Positions 36,992-47,562 of a DNA stretch of 64,000 bases are shown here, in pieces (position 1 is the first letter of the stretch; each line of letters starts with the position of its first letter). This stretch comes from a virus. Taxonomy: Duplodnaviria; Caudoviricetes. Where the stretch lies: IMG/VR virus record IMGVR_UViG_3300032327_001202, positions 1-64,000 of that record; one strand, 5' to 3'. Position numbers and translations under genes: made by a program. The notes under the pieces are model-generated. The model was not told where the DNA came from. It searched no databases and was given only the letters and a program-made list of their open reading frames with translations.

Positions 36992-37519
36992 TTATGCCTT
37001 TTCTAGTATTTCAGAAAAGTAGGGCTGTGTGAAGTTTAATAATTTATTTTTATTACCGTCATAAGATGATATTAAAAAATCAAATAACTCTTGACTTTTT
37101 ATTAAATATTTATTACTTAATTTATTTAATTCTTTTTTTCTTAATAAATTATCTATGCGGTCACAAATTTTAATTTCTATAATATCATTTTTTGTTTTAG
37201 TATCTATATCTTTAAATCTTTCTTTTAGAATATCTAAAGATTTATTTTTTGATAAATTTACATCATTATCATAATATGTCAAAAACTCAACTAATTTAAT
37301 CGAATATGAACTAATCATATTTTTTAGTACATAAATAGATCCACCTCTTTCTAAAAAGTCATGATATAAGGCCGCATTATGTACATCTTGAGAAACAGTT
37401 AATAACTTAATTAAGTTAGCAACTCTTTTTGAGTGTTTAACTTTTTGTAAAGGCATACTCTTTTTAAGAGTTTTTATGTCTGTTTTAGTTGCTTCAAAAA
37501 TAAATTCTTTGAATTTCAT
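36992..37519 (-). CDS. HD-domain protein (SpoT/Mesh1-like hydrolase) with a capsid-targeting-like leader
   Basis: Starts MKFKEFIFEA; contains KHSKRVA, AALYHDFLE, IKICDRIDNL. Confidence 0.65.
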   Translation of the reverse strand: MKFKEFIFEATKTDIKTLKKSMPLQKVKHSKRVANLIKLLTVSQDVHNAALYHDFLERGGSIYVLKNMISSYSIKLVEFLTYYDNDVNLSKNKSLDILKERFKDIDTKTKNDIIEIKICDRIDNLLRKKELNKLSNKYLIKSQELFDFLISSYDGNKNKLLNFTQPYFSEILEKA

Positions 37520-37532
37520 TGTATAAATATTT

Positions 37533-38225
37533 TTATTTTCCATACTTGCTATAACTTTTTTGTATTCTATTAATATGGTCTTTTAACTCTGTAAAATTTT
37601 TATCAATATCTGATGATATATCAAACATATCTTTAACTAATAATTTAGATAATTCAGCATGTCTTTTATCTCGTGTTTCTAATTTAATTTTCCAAATTTC
37701 ATATAATTTTTTTGGATCATATTTATTTATTGGATGTCCTGAATATAAAAATCTAGGAATTAAATTCATATTAATTTCATGAACTAAAACTATTTGAGCC
37801 ATATTATATTCTACAATAGCCCATTCATATCCATATTTTGATAATTCATTATAACATCCTTCATAATCAACGTTCAATCCTATATTATTATCAAAGTTTT
37901 TATCTATAAAAAATTTATCAAAAATAGATACTCTTATTCCAATTGGAATAAAATTAAAATTAACCCCATATATAATAATCAAGTTATCAAACTTTTTAAA
38001 ATCAATAATAAATACAGGAGAATATTTAATCCAATTAGAATCATCTTTATAATGAAGATGATAAAAATATCCTAACTTCATGTTACCAGGACTTATATTT
38101 AAAACATTTTTATCTGAATTTTTGTATTTTTCATAAAAAAATAAAGAATTTTGTTTAAAAACATCGGGTATATCTTTTCCATATACTAAATTAGATAATT
38201 TAACTCTTTCCAACAACTCTGACAT
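37533..38225 (-). CDS. DNA end protector, T4 gp2-like
   Basis: GYFYHLHY...SPVF...YGVNFNFIP; divergent from the gp4-like gene. Confidence 0.55.
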   Translation of the reverse strand: MSELLERVKLSNLVYGKDIPDVFKQNSLFFYEKYKNSDKNVLNISPGNMKLGYFYHLHYKDDSNWIKYSPVFIIDFKKFDNLIIIYGVNFNFIPIGIRVSIFDKFFIDKNFDNNIGLNVDYEGCYNELSKYGYEWAIVEYNMAQIVLVHEINMNLIPRFLYSGHPINKYDPKKLYEIWKIKLETRDKRHAELSKLLVKDMFDISSDIDKNFTELKDHINRIQKSYSKYGK

Positions 38226-38256
38226 TTAATATATATTAAAAAAATAATATTTTAAT

Positions 38257-38763
38257 ATGCTTAATTCAAAACCAAATAATAGTAATTATCATCAAGGTTT
38301 ATATATTCCAAAAAACAAAGATAAAGTTTTAAAATTAAATAATCAAGGTGGATTATATTATCGTTCAGGGTTAGAAAAAAAAGCTATGATATTTTTTGAT
38401 TATAGTGAAAGAGTTATTAGATGGTCTGCTGAAAATTTTAAAGTAGAATATGTTAAAACTGATTGGGATAATGGTACACAAGGTTTAATTAGTTCTAAAC
38501 ATAGTTACTACCCAGATTTTTATTATGAAATGAAAAAACCTGATGGTAGTATTGCAAAAATTATAGCAGAAGTTAAACCACATAGTGAAACTGTAGCACC
38601 AATCTTAAAAGAAAATGCTACAGTTAAACAACTTAAAAATTTTGAATATTCCCTAAAAATGTGGAATAAAAATTTAAGTAAGTGGAAATACATGATTGAG
38701 TTTTGTGAGAAAAAAGGTTTTGAATTTATTATAATAACTGATAAATTCTTATCTAAACTATAA
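38257..38763 (+). CDS. Head completion nuclease, T4 gp4-like
   Basis: YRSGLE, WSAE, YYPDFY, EVKP, KW...FCEKKGFEFIIITD. Confidence 0.8.
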   Translation: MLNSKPNNSNYHQGLYIPKNKDKVLKLNNQGGLYYRSGLEKKAMIFFDYSERVIRWSAENFKVEYVKTDWDNGTQGLISSKHSYYPDFYYEMKKPDGSIAKIIAEVKPHSETVAPILKENATVKQLKNFEYSLKMWNKNLSKWKYMIEFCEKKGFEFIIITDKFLSKL

Positions 38764-39046
38764 TTATATCTTCTAATTTAAGAAGATTATTATAATTATA
38801 ACTTCGTATTTTAAGATTCAAATTCTTTTTTACTAACTTAAAAAGTTTCTCAGTTATTTCAACTAATATAGGTTCTCCGACAATACGAGAATATTTACTT
38901 GGAACTTTTTTTCCTACCCGTTTTTTATAAAATTGATTTATATAATTTTTACAATCATTGATTGTAAGATGTAATGATACTCCGTCATTTTTAACTTCTT
39001 GATTAATTTCTGATAATTCCCAAAATTGTAGATATACTTTATTCAT
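38753..39046 (-). CDS. Hypothetical protein
   Basis: 97-aa ORF. Confidence 0.5.
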   Translation of the reverse strand: MNKVYLQFWELSEINQEVKNDGVSLHLTINDCKNYINQFYKKRVGKKVPSKYSRIVGEPILVEITEKLFKLVKKNLNLKIRSYNYNNLLKLEDIIIV

Positions 39047-39084
39047 AATAAATATTTTTTATATTATAAAGATATGAAAATTTT

Positions 39085-40773
39085 TTATAATAAAAAAATC
39101 CACTTTTTATTGCCACCATTATATACTCTATAATATCCTAATTCTAGCATAATTTCTTCTTCAGTTTTATTTATATCATAACCCATTTTGACTAACTTAG
39201 ATTTTCTCCAATTAAATCTATGTTCTCTTTTTTTATCAATTACATACCAATATCCAGGTTTAGATGTATGTAAATAAGTAAAACCTAATTTTTCATACAT
39301 ATTTCCATTAGAAATTAAATTATCTGAATAAGTTTCTATTCTAATTGGAATCCATTTATCAATAAAATATTTTAATAATTTGGAAGCTCCACCAATTATA
39401 TTAGTGTTTATTATATTACAATACCGTGTTAACTCATAAACATGTTCTTGATTTTTTCCACCTAAAGGAAGTCTTAATTTAGAAAATGTCATTAAATTAA
39501 CTAATTCATTATTATAATATAACCCAATTCTTATTGATGATTTACAATCACCTTGAAAATGATTCCTATCTAAAAAATTTTTAGAAGTTGTATAATCAAC
39601 TTCTTTAATTACACATTTACGTGCTCCTATTTTATATGTTAAGTTTAATTTATTTAGAATATATGATTTACAGATTTCTTTTTTAATAACCCAATCATCT
39701 TCCCATATAGTAAATAAATTAATATTATTTTTTTCTGCTAATTGTTTTTTTATTAAATGATATTCTTCTTTTTTAAATTTCTCACTATGCCAATATAGCC
39801 CATTAAATTCAAACCCTAATTTTAATTCTGGTAAATAAATGTCAATTTCATACGGATTAATATAATCTTTAGTATTTACTATAATTTCTCCATTATAATT
39901 TTCTTTAATAAAATTATAAATATCAATTTGTTTAATACTTGAACTTTCTGATATAGGAAAGCAATTAGTACATATACTAGTATTATTAGTGACTCTATAA
40001 TAAAATTGATAAGTTAATATCTCAAAATTAGTATTACATTTTTTACAAAAAAATTTTAAATATGTAGTTATATTTTTATTAAAACCATTAAATTCATAAT
40101 CATTTTGATTAATTTTATCCATTATTCTTTTTTTATAATCAGAATAAAAAACATCAATTGATTTATCATGTATTTCTTTTATCATCCAATGATGTTCAAC
40201 TCCATATTTTTCAATGGATGTTTTTTTAAAATTTTCTTTAAAATCACTTATTTTAAAACTTTCTATTCTTTTTTTATTTAATTCTTCTGATTTATTGGGG
40301 TTATCTACACCCCAATTTTTTAATAAAGTTTGTTTAGATTTTTCTTGAGTTTTTTCTAAACACATAGCAGAATTAACCCCATATTTTTCTAAATTTGTTT
40401 TTATAATTTTTTGTTTTATTTCTAATGATTCAGCAGGGGTTTTAGTTCCATATTTAACAATAGATTTTTCTTGTTTAGATTTTTTTATATTTTCATCTGA
40501 ACTTATACATTTATTAGAGCAATAAGTTAAATATCCTATTGTTGAGTTTTTATACTTTACTTTATTACTACAATTATTATTTTTACATTTAGGAACTTCT
40601 TTTAAATTATTGACAGAGATAAAAACTTTTTCTTTAAAAGGTAAATCTCCTAATTCATTATTTATACAATAATCAATAATATATTCATATTCCTTTGGAT
40701 ATGTTTTTAACAAAGATTTTTCTTTACACATACTTCCAGAAGGATCACTTTTTTTAAAAATTTCTAAATCCAT
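39085..40773 (-). CDS. Hef-like homing endonuclease with KYG repeats
   Basis: Cys module, KYG..N repeats, EIDIYLPE..LGFEFNGLYWH, then ARKC...NHFQG...IIGGASKLL...GNMYEKLGF. Confidence 0.7.
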   Translation of the reverse strand: MDLEIFKKSDPSGSMCKEKSLLKTYPKEYEYIIDYCINNELGDLPFKEKVFISVNNLKEVPKCKNNNCSNKVKYKNSTIGYLTYCSNKCISSDENIKKSKQEKSIVKYGTKTPAESLEIKQKIIKTNLEKYGVNSAMCLEKTQEKSKQTLLKNWGVDNPNKSEELNKKRIESFKISDFKENFKKTSIEKYGVEHHWMIKEIHDKSIDVFYSDYKKRIMDKINQNDYEFNGFNKNITTYLKFFCKKCNTNFEILTYQFYYRVTNNTSICTNCFPISESSSIKQIDIYNFIKENYNGEIIVNTKDYINPYEIDIYLPELKLGFEFNGLYWHSEKFKKEEYHLIKKQLAEKNNINLFTIWEDDWVIKKEICKSYILNKLNLTYKIGARKCVIKEVDYTTSKNFLDRNHFQGDCKSSIRIGLYYNNELVNLMTFSKLRLPLGGKNQEHVYELTRYCNIINTNIIGGASKLLKYFIDKWIPIRIETYSDNLISNGNMYEKLGFTYLHTSKPGYWYVIDKKREHRFNWRKSKLVKMGYDINKTEEEIMLELGYYRVYNGGNKKWIFLL

Positions 40774-40821
40774 AACATTTTGTTTTTACATATATATTAA
40801 AAACTCCTAATTATGTTTAAT

Positions 40822-40852
40822 AAAAAATCCGTTCCAAAAGAACGGATTTTTT
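40822..40852 (-). terminator. Intrinsic terminator after the tail sheath gene
   Basis: AAAAAATCCGTTC-CAAAA-GAACGGATTTTTT. Confidence 0.8.
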
Positions 40853-40869
40853 ATTATTTTTATTAATTA

Positions 40870-43800
40870 TTATTGGAAACCACCTGAAGCAATTGCTCCT
40901 GTCTTAAGGATTGTTATATTATTAACAATTACTCCCATACCCTTAATAATTTCTACATAAGTATCTAATACACCGATTTGATTATCTATGATAATTTGAG
41001 TATTATTTTCTTGGTCACACTTGTTAAAGTAGTTATATAAACCATTTTTACTTACATATGTGCTACAAATAGAATCAGCTCTTTGCTTGATTTCTGCTCT
41101 TGTTTGTGTTGTGTTATATTTCCATTGGAAATCTAACAACATTGCACTTAAATCTCTTTCTAATTCAACCAACACTTCTCTACAGTGAATGTATGATAAT
41201 GATGATTTGTATTCAGTTTGAGCTGTATTTTCAGTCTCAATAACATAACCTCTATTCTTTTTGTATACAATAGGATTAATTTGAGCCGTATTAAGATTAG
41301 AAATATCTTGTGGGGTAAAGTCAATTTCAGTTTTACCAAAACCACTTATTTTACCATTTGTTATACCTGCTGCTATAGTCCAAGGAGTTATAGAAGATGA
41401 ATTTGCATTTATTTTCTTCATATAAGTTGTGGCTACAAACATTGCTGGTGGAACATTGAATGGTCTACCATTGTCACTAACTGTTACATAAGGAGTGAAA
41501 TAACCTACACAAGTTGTACCTCTACCTATACCAAAAGAGTATAAGAATGCTGGGTTTTTGTCTAAATTACCACCTGCTGCAATATAGCTTGTTTGTAATA
41601 CTCCATTTGCATCTATAAATGTAGGTGATGCTGATTGTTTAAATTGTTTCATTGAAGGCATGTTTAAAAAACCAAAGCAGTCTAATCTTTCTCCACAAAG
41701 GTCAACTAATTGTTGTTTTGAGTATTCTGTTAAACCTAAACCAAATGAATCAACTAAATATCTGAAATCAATTGCATCTTTATTTGATAAAGCAGTAAAT
41801 AAAGGAGTTCCTTTTCCAACTAAATCAAGTATTAATGATTGTCTTGCTTCTGTTCCATCAGGCATTGAGGCATTTCTCATTCTAAATCCTTTAAGAACAA
41901 TACCTTTATATGTTGTCGCATAGTTATCAATTGAAGAATATCTTGTTGTTTGTTTAATCCCATTATAAATCTTATAGTCAATTTTAGAATCACAAGATAG
42001 TAATACTTGAGTATTATCAGAAGGATTAACTTTTTTTGTTAAGATTCTTGTTATTTTCTTAGGTACTTCACCAACTTCTAACATAGTTTCATCATAATAA
42101 GCAGATAAGAAATCTCCTGCTAAAATATTAGAATATCTTGAACCATCTACAGCAACTGTATTTGCATTAATAACACTTTTAATTTCTACACTTTCTTTAT
42201 ATTCTCCATCATAAGATGTTACATCTAATAGTGTTGGTAAATCAAGTATAATAGATTTTGGTGTTTCCTTATCTGTATCAGTAAAAGTTACATTTAATAA
42301 ATTACCAGAAAATTCCATTTGTAAATAATGTGTGTTATCAGGGTCTGTTTTATAAACTCTGTTTGTTGATGTAATAATTTCGTCAGTTACATTATATAAA
42401 CCTGTGTCTATAACGTACCCGTAAGTAGCACTTATAGGATCACCTGTTTTTGTAAACTCAAATTTATTAGATGTTGAATCTGGAACTAATAAGGTATCCC
42501 CTGTAGTTAAATCTAAATTAGGATTAGAAAACTTAACATAATTAGTACCATTAACAAAGCTAAATACTACTGATGTTGTTGTGCCTGAGATTAAATTGTC
42601 ATAAAAATAATCGCCTGTATTTATTACACCATTATAGTAATCCTTATAGAAAGTTGATTGGTATCTTACTGAACCATATCCTGTTGCAGAAATAGGATCA
42701 GTTTCGCTTGTTTTAAATCCTTGACGACCAATTATAAATTCATCATCTTTTATATAGAATACAATTTGATTAAGACTTGTACCTGTTAAATTTGTATTAA
42801 TAGCAATATATCTATCAGTTAAGTTATTATTAGTGTAAGATGCTAAACTCATATTGCTTGTTGATTTAACAACTGCATTTGGACCAGTTGTATATAAAAA
42901 TGCTCCGTGAGTAAAATTTGAACTACTAACTATTGATAATAAGTAATTGAATGCTTTAATTTTTCTGTAAGTAGCATAATCATTAACATTAGGTGTACCT
43001 GCTGTTTTTGAAAATGTTATACCTAAAACTCCATTAGAAAGGCTATATAAAAAGTCTGTACCATTTTGTAATTCTACAAAACCATTTGTATCTACTGTTA
43101 CATTACTAAATGTTAGAGATGATAATCCTTCAGAATTTTTTATAGTATAGTTCATATAACCTAACACTATATCTGTTGGTTGTACTGGGGGATTTATTTT
43201 TCCAGGAACTGTTGATCTTATAGCATTAATTCCAGAATTATTTAATACAATAGCTGTTTGATATAATCCATCTGAAGTATAAGACATTGGATCTATACTA
43301 AAAGAATAATTACCTTCTGAAAAAGTAATAAAAATACCATTAGATACAGCAGAAGCCATTGAACCTATAACATAAGTAACGGGAGTATATAATGTTGGAT
43401 ATTTTAATGATAATATTAAAGGATTAGCTAATGCATTATATGCAGAACCACCTGAAAAAGTACCACTTGTAAATATTGATGCTGTAACACCTTTTGATAT
43501 TTTAATAGAAAAAGTGTATCCATTAGCAGCAGTACCTCCATTGGTGTAGCCTAAAGAAATTGTAGCTCCAATAGTACTCATTGTATAACCTGATGATGTA
43601 CCATATGACAAATTCCAATTCTTAACTATATCAGCAGCAATAGCTGTTGAAGCTGTTGAAGCTGTTGTTGATGAAAGTGTAAATCCAATAGTTAGTCCAG
43701 GGGCAGCACTTGTTAAATTAAAATAACTATAACTCAATCCTGAATAAGTTAATCCGCTTATATTTATATAAGCTAAAGCACTTGCTGTTGCGGTAGCAGT

Positions 43801-45207
43801 TGCTCCAAATGATGTAGATGGTATAGAAACTGTAGTACCATCAATTCCAATTGAACTAGTACCTACATAATTTGTATTTATTACCACACTAGTTCCATAA
43901 TTAATTACATTAATTGAAGCTGTTAGACCAGCAGTAAGACCTATAGAATATGTAAATCCTGATGATGTAATATCAGGGAAATAACCGGTAGTTGGTGAAG
44001 ATATAGTAGTAAGTCCGTTAAATTTTATATAAGAAGATGGTGTAGAACCTAATGTTATATTTCTTACTATACCTTCTGAGTAATCAAAATCTCTATCATT
44101 TACAGTATCTGTTCCTCTTTGTCCGCCTGATATATCAATACCAAAAACATTTCCTGCTCTATTTAATACAGTATTTTCAAATTCAACATTTTCAACAATT
44201 GTGTCTTTATAAGATAAAAAATCAATAGAATTTGTTGAATCAATTGAATTACCTACTAAATCAACTAAGCCATTAGCAAATGCAGTTTCATATAAATCCA
44301 TATTAAATGCACAGTATAATCCTGTTTTTGCAAAATCATTATTTAATACAGTTTCAATAAATAAATTATTACCACTTAAATCAGTGAAATAAGGAATAAA
44401 AGAAAGATTAGAATAAAATGATAATACACTTATATTTCTATCAGCAGCAAAGTTTGATAATTGACCTTTTTTAAGACCTGTTCCATCAAAGTATTTATTC
44501 CATCTAGGATCAACTGATAAAGATGCATAGTTAGACCAATCACCTGATACTGCTAATACATCAACCATATAATCAGAAGCCCAATCTGTAGCTTTTAAGT
44601 ATGGAGGAATATTTTCTACAGAACCATAATAATTAATTAAACTATTATTGTAAGAAGTTGTTTGTGTTTTGTATATAAATAATGTTACATAATTACCACT
44701 CATATTAGTAACATTAAATAATCTATTATGATTATTTCCATCAGTACTACCATTTGGCTCAACATTAGCTAAATAGTTAAATGATTCAGTATCTTTTTTC
44801 CAGAAACCTGTCGTATTAAAGAACTTGCTATAAGGAGCACCATTAGAATTAATATAGTTAGGATAATTACAAGCGGCTGAAAGTGAAGCGTATTGTAATA
44901 GATCTAAAGTATCATCAGTTTCTAATAAGTTTAGAGCATAAACTGGACCTGATAATAACATTTGTTGAATTGTTCTATGAAAGAAAGAACCATTTCTTTC
45001 TAGGGTTCTATCAATATTACCGAATATATTTGTTAAATCACTTTGACTTTGTAATAAAACTGGAGTATTAATAGGTCCTATCTTAGAGAAACCTATTACT
45101 AACGTATAATTCCCAGCTGGTGCTACAATGTTTGGTAAAATTGAATTGTCATACTCATTAATATATATACCTGGTCTTGTATATTGTCCTATTTGAATTG
45201 TTGGCAT
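40870..45207 (-). CDS. Contractile tail sheath protein, T4 gp18-like (1445 aa)
   Basis: RPGIYINEYD, IGFSKIGPINTP at the N-terminus; GYFTPYV, VPPA, INPI, HCREVL at the C-terminus; large central S/T/G-rich insertion. Confidence 0.88.
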   Translation of the reverse strand: MPTIQIGQYTRPGIYINEYDNSILPNIVAPAGNYTLVIGFSKIGPINTPVLLQSQSDLTNIFGNIDRTLERNGSFFHRTIQQMLLSGPVYALNLLETDDTLDLLQYASLSAACNYPNYINSNGAPYSKFFNTTGFWKKDTESFNYLANVEPNGSTDGNNHNRLFNVTNMSGNYVTLFIYKTQTTSYNNSLINYYGSVENIPPYLKATDWASDYMVDVLAVSGDWSNYASLSVDPRWNKYFDGTGLKKGQLSNFAADRNISVLSFYSNLSFIPYFTDLSGNNLFIETVLNNDFAKTGLYCAFNMDLYETAFANGLVDLVGNSIDSTNSIDFLSYKDTIVENVEFENTVLNRAGNVFGIDISGGQRGTDTVNDRDFDYSEGIVRNITLGSTPSSYIKFNGLTTISSPTTGYFPDITSSGFTYSIGLTAGLTASINVINYGTSVVINTNYVGTSSIGIDGTTVSIPSTSFGATATATASALAYINISGLTYSGLSYSYFNLTSAAPGLTIGFTLSSTTASTASTAIAADIVKNWNLSYGTSSGYTMSTIGATISLGYTNGGTAANGYTFSIKISKGVTASIFTSGTFSGGSAYNALANPLILSLKYPTLYTPVTYVIGSMASAVSNGIFITFSEGNYSFSIDPMSYTSDGLYQTAIVLNNSGINAIRSTVPGKINPPVQPTDIVLGYMNYTIKNSEGLSSLTFSNVTVDTNGFVELQNGTDFLYSLSNGVLGITFSKTAGTPNVNDYATYRKIKAFNYLLSIVSSSNFTHGAFLYTTGPNAVVKSTSNMSLASYTNNNLTDRYIAINTNLTGTSLNQIVFYIKDDEFIIGRQGFKTSETDPISATGYGSVRYQSTFYKDYYNGVINTGDYFYDNLISGTTTSVVFSFVNGTNYVKFSNPNLDLTTGDTLLVPDSTSNKFEFTKTGDPISATYGYVIDTGLYNVTDEIITSTNRVYKTDPDNTHYLQMEFSGNLLNVTFTDTDKETPKSIILDLPTLLDVTSYDGEYKESVEIKSVINANTVAVDGSRYSNILAGDFLSAYYDETMLEVGEVPKKITRILTKKVNPSDNTQVLLSCDSKIDYKIYNGIKQTTRYSSIDNYATTYKGIVLKGFRMRNASMPDGTEARQSLILDLVGKGTPLFTALSNKDAIDFRYLVDSFGLGLTEYSKQQLVDLCGERLDCFGFLNMPSMKQFKQSASPTFIDANGVLQTSYIAAGGNLDKNPAFLYSFGIGRGTTCVGYFTPYVTVSDNGRPFNVPPAMFVATTYMKKINANSSSITPWTIAAGITNGKISGFGKTEIDFTPQDISNLNTAQINPIVYKKNRGYVIETENTAQTEYKSSLSYIHCREVLVELERDLSAMLLDFQWKYNTTQTRAEIKQRADSICSTYVSKNGLYNYFNKCDQENNTQIIIDNQIGVLDTYVEIIKGMGVIVNNITILKTGAIASGGFQ

Positions 45208-45261
45208 ATTATGTTATTTTTTTTATTATCTTATATATAAAAATAAAATTATCTATTTTTT

Positions 45262-45789
45262 CTATTTTGTAGATTTCATATTACTAATTTTTTTGTTTAG
45301 TAAAGTTAATTTATTTTTTATTTCCGTATCTATTTTAGTAATTTCCGTTTTTAGTAGGTTAATTTCATTTAATTTATCTGAGATTTTTTTATTTAATTCT
45401 GTTATTTCTTCATTTGTACTTTCTTGTAAGTTAGGATTTTTTTTAATTAAATCTTGTTTTTGGATTATATTATTTTTATAACCTTCTATAGTATCATTTA
45501 TATTTTGTATTTCTTTTTTCTTACCTGCAATTTTTGCCCATATTTCTAGTAGTTCATTGGTAAAAGCCATTTTATTATCTTTACCTCTAATAACTAATTT
45601 AGCATTAAATAATTTATTTTCTAAATCTTTTTCATTAATATTAGTTTGGTAAATTTTATCTAAAATAGTTTTTTTGGATTTATATTCCATTACTTGTTTT
45701 TCTAAATTTTCCAAACTTTCTAAATTCTCTAAGTTTTGTACTTCTACTTCTTCTTTAATAAAAGAAGAAAATTTTTTATATATTTTCAT
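45262..45789 (-). CDS. Coiled-coil hypothetical protein with KKFxxFIKE leader
   Basis: Starts MKIYKKFSSFIKEE. Confidence 0.55.
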   Translation of the reverse strand: MKIYKKFSSFIKEEVEVQNLENLESLENLEKQVMEYKSKKTILDKIYQTNINEKDLENKLFNAKLVIRGKDNKMAFTNELLEIWAKIAGKKKEIQNINDTIEGYKNNIIQKQDLIKKNPNLQESTNEEITELNKKISDKLNEINLLKTEITKIDTEIKNKLTLLNKKISNMKSTK

Positions 45790-45790
45790 A

Positions 45791-47527
45791 TTAAATTATT
45801 GTGCCTTTTTTATAAGATAAAACAGCGTCTGTTAATTTACTTTTAACTTTATCTGTTAATAACTTATGATATTTATTATAAGTATTATCATCACAAGAAA
45901 ATTGAGAACCAGCAGCACCTTCTGTTAAAAAAGAATAATTTTTTATTTCTGTATCACCAAAAGAAATTTTTGTATCAATATTATCTTTAATTGTAGGATA
46001 ACCACCACTTTTATCTTTTGTTACATCTATATAATCAAAAGTTGTATTATTACCACCTTTAACATCCATTAAATACCATTCACAATTATCAATTTTAATA
46101 GGACTATTAGATGTATTTAGTGAATCTAAAAGTCCTATTCCTTCATGATCATTTTCTATATTAGGATATTTAGCATCTCTTAATTTAAATCCTTTATGAT
46201 TTAAATTTATCCAATCTCTAATTATTTTATCATTATTTTTCCAATAATAAAAATATATTCCTTTAAACTCTTCCTTTTTATTATTAGCTTTAAATTCAAA
46301 AAAACATTTTTCCAAAGCTATACATATAAAAGCTAATTGATTACTTGTAGCAGCCGCAAAAAACTTTTTATTTATTTTATCATAATCTGGTCTACCTGAA
46401 ACTTGCCAATAAAAAGTTTTTGGTTCTATATCTCTTTTATTTTTCTTAATAAGTGTCCCATTATAAGTTACTTTATCAACTGAATCCCCTTTAATTCCAA
46501 AATAATCAAACATTAGTTTATTTTTATTACTATCAAAATCTGATAATTTATTTTTATCAAGCATATTCCTCATAAAAGTAAATATTATTTGACCTTGTTT
46601 ATCATTACCACTTGGTGTAGCAGTTGCTTCTTCAGCTTCATTAATAAATTTAATACTTTCTAATTTAGTTTGTTTATTTGGTTCTTCTACAACTGTAGTA
46701 TTTTTTACTTTAAATTTAGAATTAGCAAATATTTTTCTCATTTCTTTATCTTGAAATATTTTCTCAATACCATCTCTCCATTTATTAAATATAGAATTTG
46801 CTATAAAAGGTCCATTTGGTGCTCTTTCTTCAGTCCACTGACCTCCACCTGGTTCTTTTCCTACATAAGTATATTCTAAATAAGTTTTTTGAGATACTTT
46901 ACCTAAAGGTCTTCCTGTTGGAATTTGAGGAGTAAAATATAATTGATGTGCTTGTTGAAATAAATCAACTATTTTAATAATAGGATCTTTATCTGTATCA
47001 TCTGGAGTATAAGACCATGATTCTACATCTTGTGAACCTATATATTCCATTTTTTTATAATCTTCATCCGTCATTTCCCATTTTTGTCTTTCTTCTTGTT
47101 TAAAGATTGTTCCAAACAAACCATCTATAGTTAGAGGAGTTGATGCACTAGCGCCTTGAGTAGGCGCTGTTACTGATGCACTTCCTCCTTGAGTTTGAGA
47201 TGTATTTGATGCACTTCCTCCTTGAGTTTGAGAGGTATTTGATGCACTACCACTTTGTGGTTGATTTTGTATAGAAGAATTATTATTTGAAGCACTTGCT
47301 CCTTTATTATCATTGTTATTTAAACCTTTATATATAGTATCTAATTTATTAATCCAATAATTAGAGTCTTGTTTTTTTGTGTTATCAGCAGAAACAAACT
47401 CATCTAATAGTGATTTTAATTCTGTATTATTTTTATCAGATTTTGAAGCTTTTGCTAATTTATCATAAATAAAATCAGAATTAAGTTCTTCTTTTAATAA
47501 AGTTGGATGTTTTTTTATATATCTCAT
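45791..47527 (-). CDS. Hypothetical protein with an S/Q/T/G linker repeat
   Basis: 578 aa; SQTQGGSAS repeats (33-nt unit) near 47150-47260. Confidence 0.55.
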   Translation of the reverse strand: MRYIKKHPTLLKEELNSDFIYDKLAKASKSDKNNTELKSLLDEFVSADNTKKQDSNYWINKLDTIYKGLNNNDNKGASASNNNSSIQNQPQSGSASNTSQTQGGSASNTSQTQGGSASVTAPTQGASASTPLTIDGLFGTIFKQEERQKWEMTDEDYKKMEYIGSQDVESWSYTPDDTDKDPIIKIVDLFQQAHQLYFTPQIPTGRPLGKVSQKTYLEYTYVGKEPGGGQWTEERAPNGPFIANSIFNKWRDGIEKIFQDKEMRKIFANSKFKVKNTTVVEEPNKQTKLESIKFINEAEEATATPSGNDKQGQIIFTFMRNMLDKNKLSDFDSNKNKLMFDYFGIKGDSVDKVTYNGTLIKKNKRDIEPKTFYWQVSGRPDYDKINKKFFAAATSNQLAFICIALEKCFFEFKANNKKEEFKGIYFYYWKNNDKIIRDWINLNHKGFKLRDAKYPNIENDHEGIGLLDSLNTSNSPIKIDNCEWYLMDVKGGNNTTFDYIDVTKDKSGGYPTIKDNIDTKISFGDTEIKNYSFLTEGAAGSQFSCDDNTYNKYHKLLTDKVKSKLTDAVLSYKKGTII

Positions 47528-47562
47528 AATTTTTTATTTTTTAATTTATTTAAATAAAAAAC

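Noticed and set aside
38753-39046. KIRSYNYNNLLK as another member of the RDxxIxxIL family
   Set aside because: It matches only loosely (S at position 2, Y at the hydrophobic position), and no core-protein segment is recognisable.
47150-47260. 33-nt direct repeats as a regulatory or mobile-element feature
   Set aside because: They encode an in-frame SQTQGGSAS linker inside a CDS.
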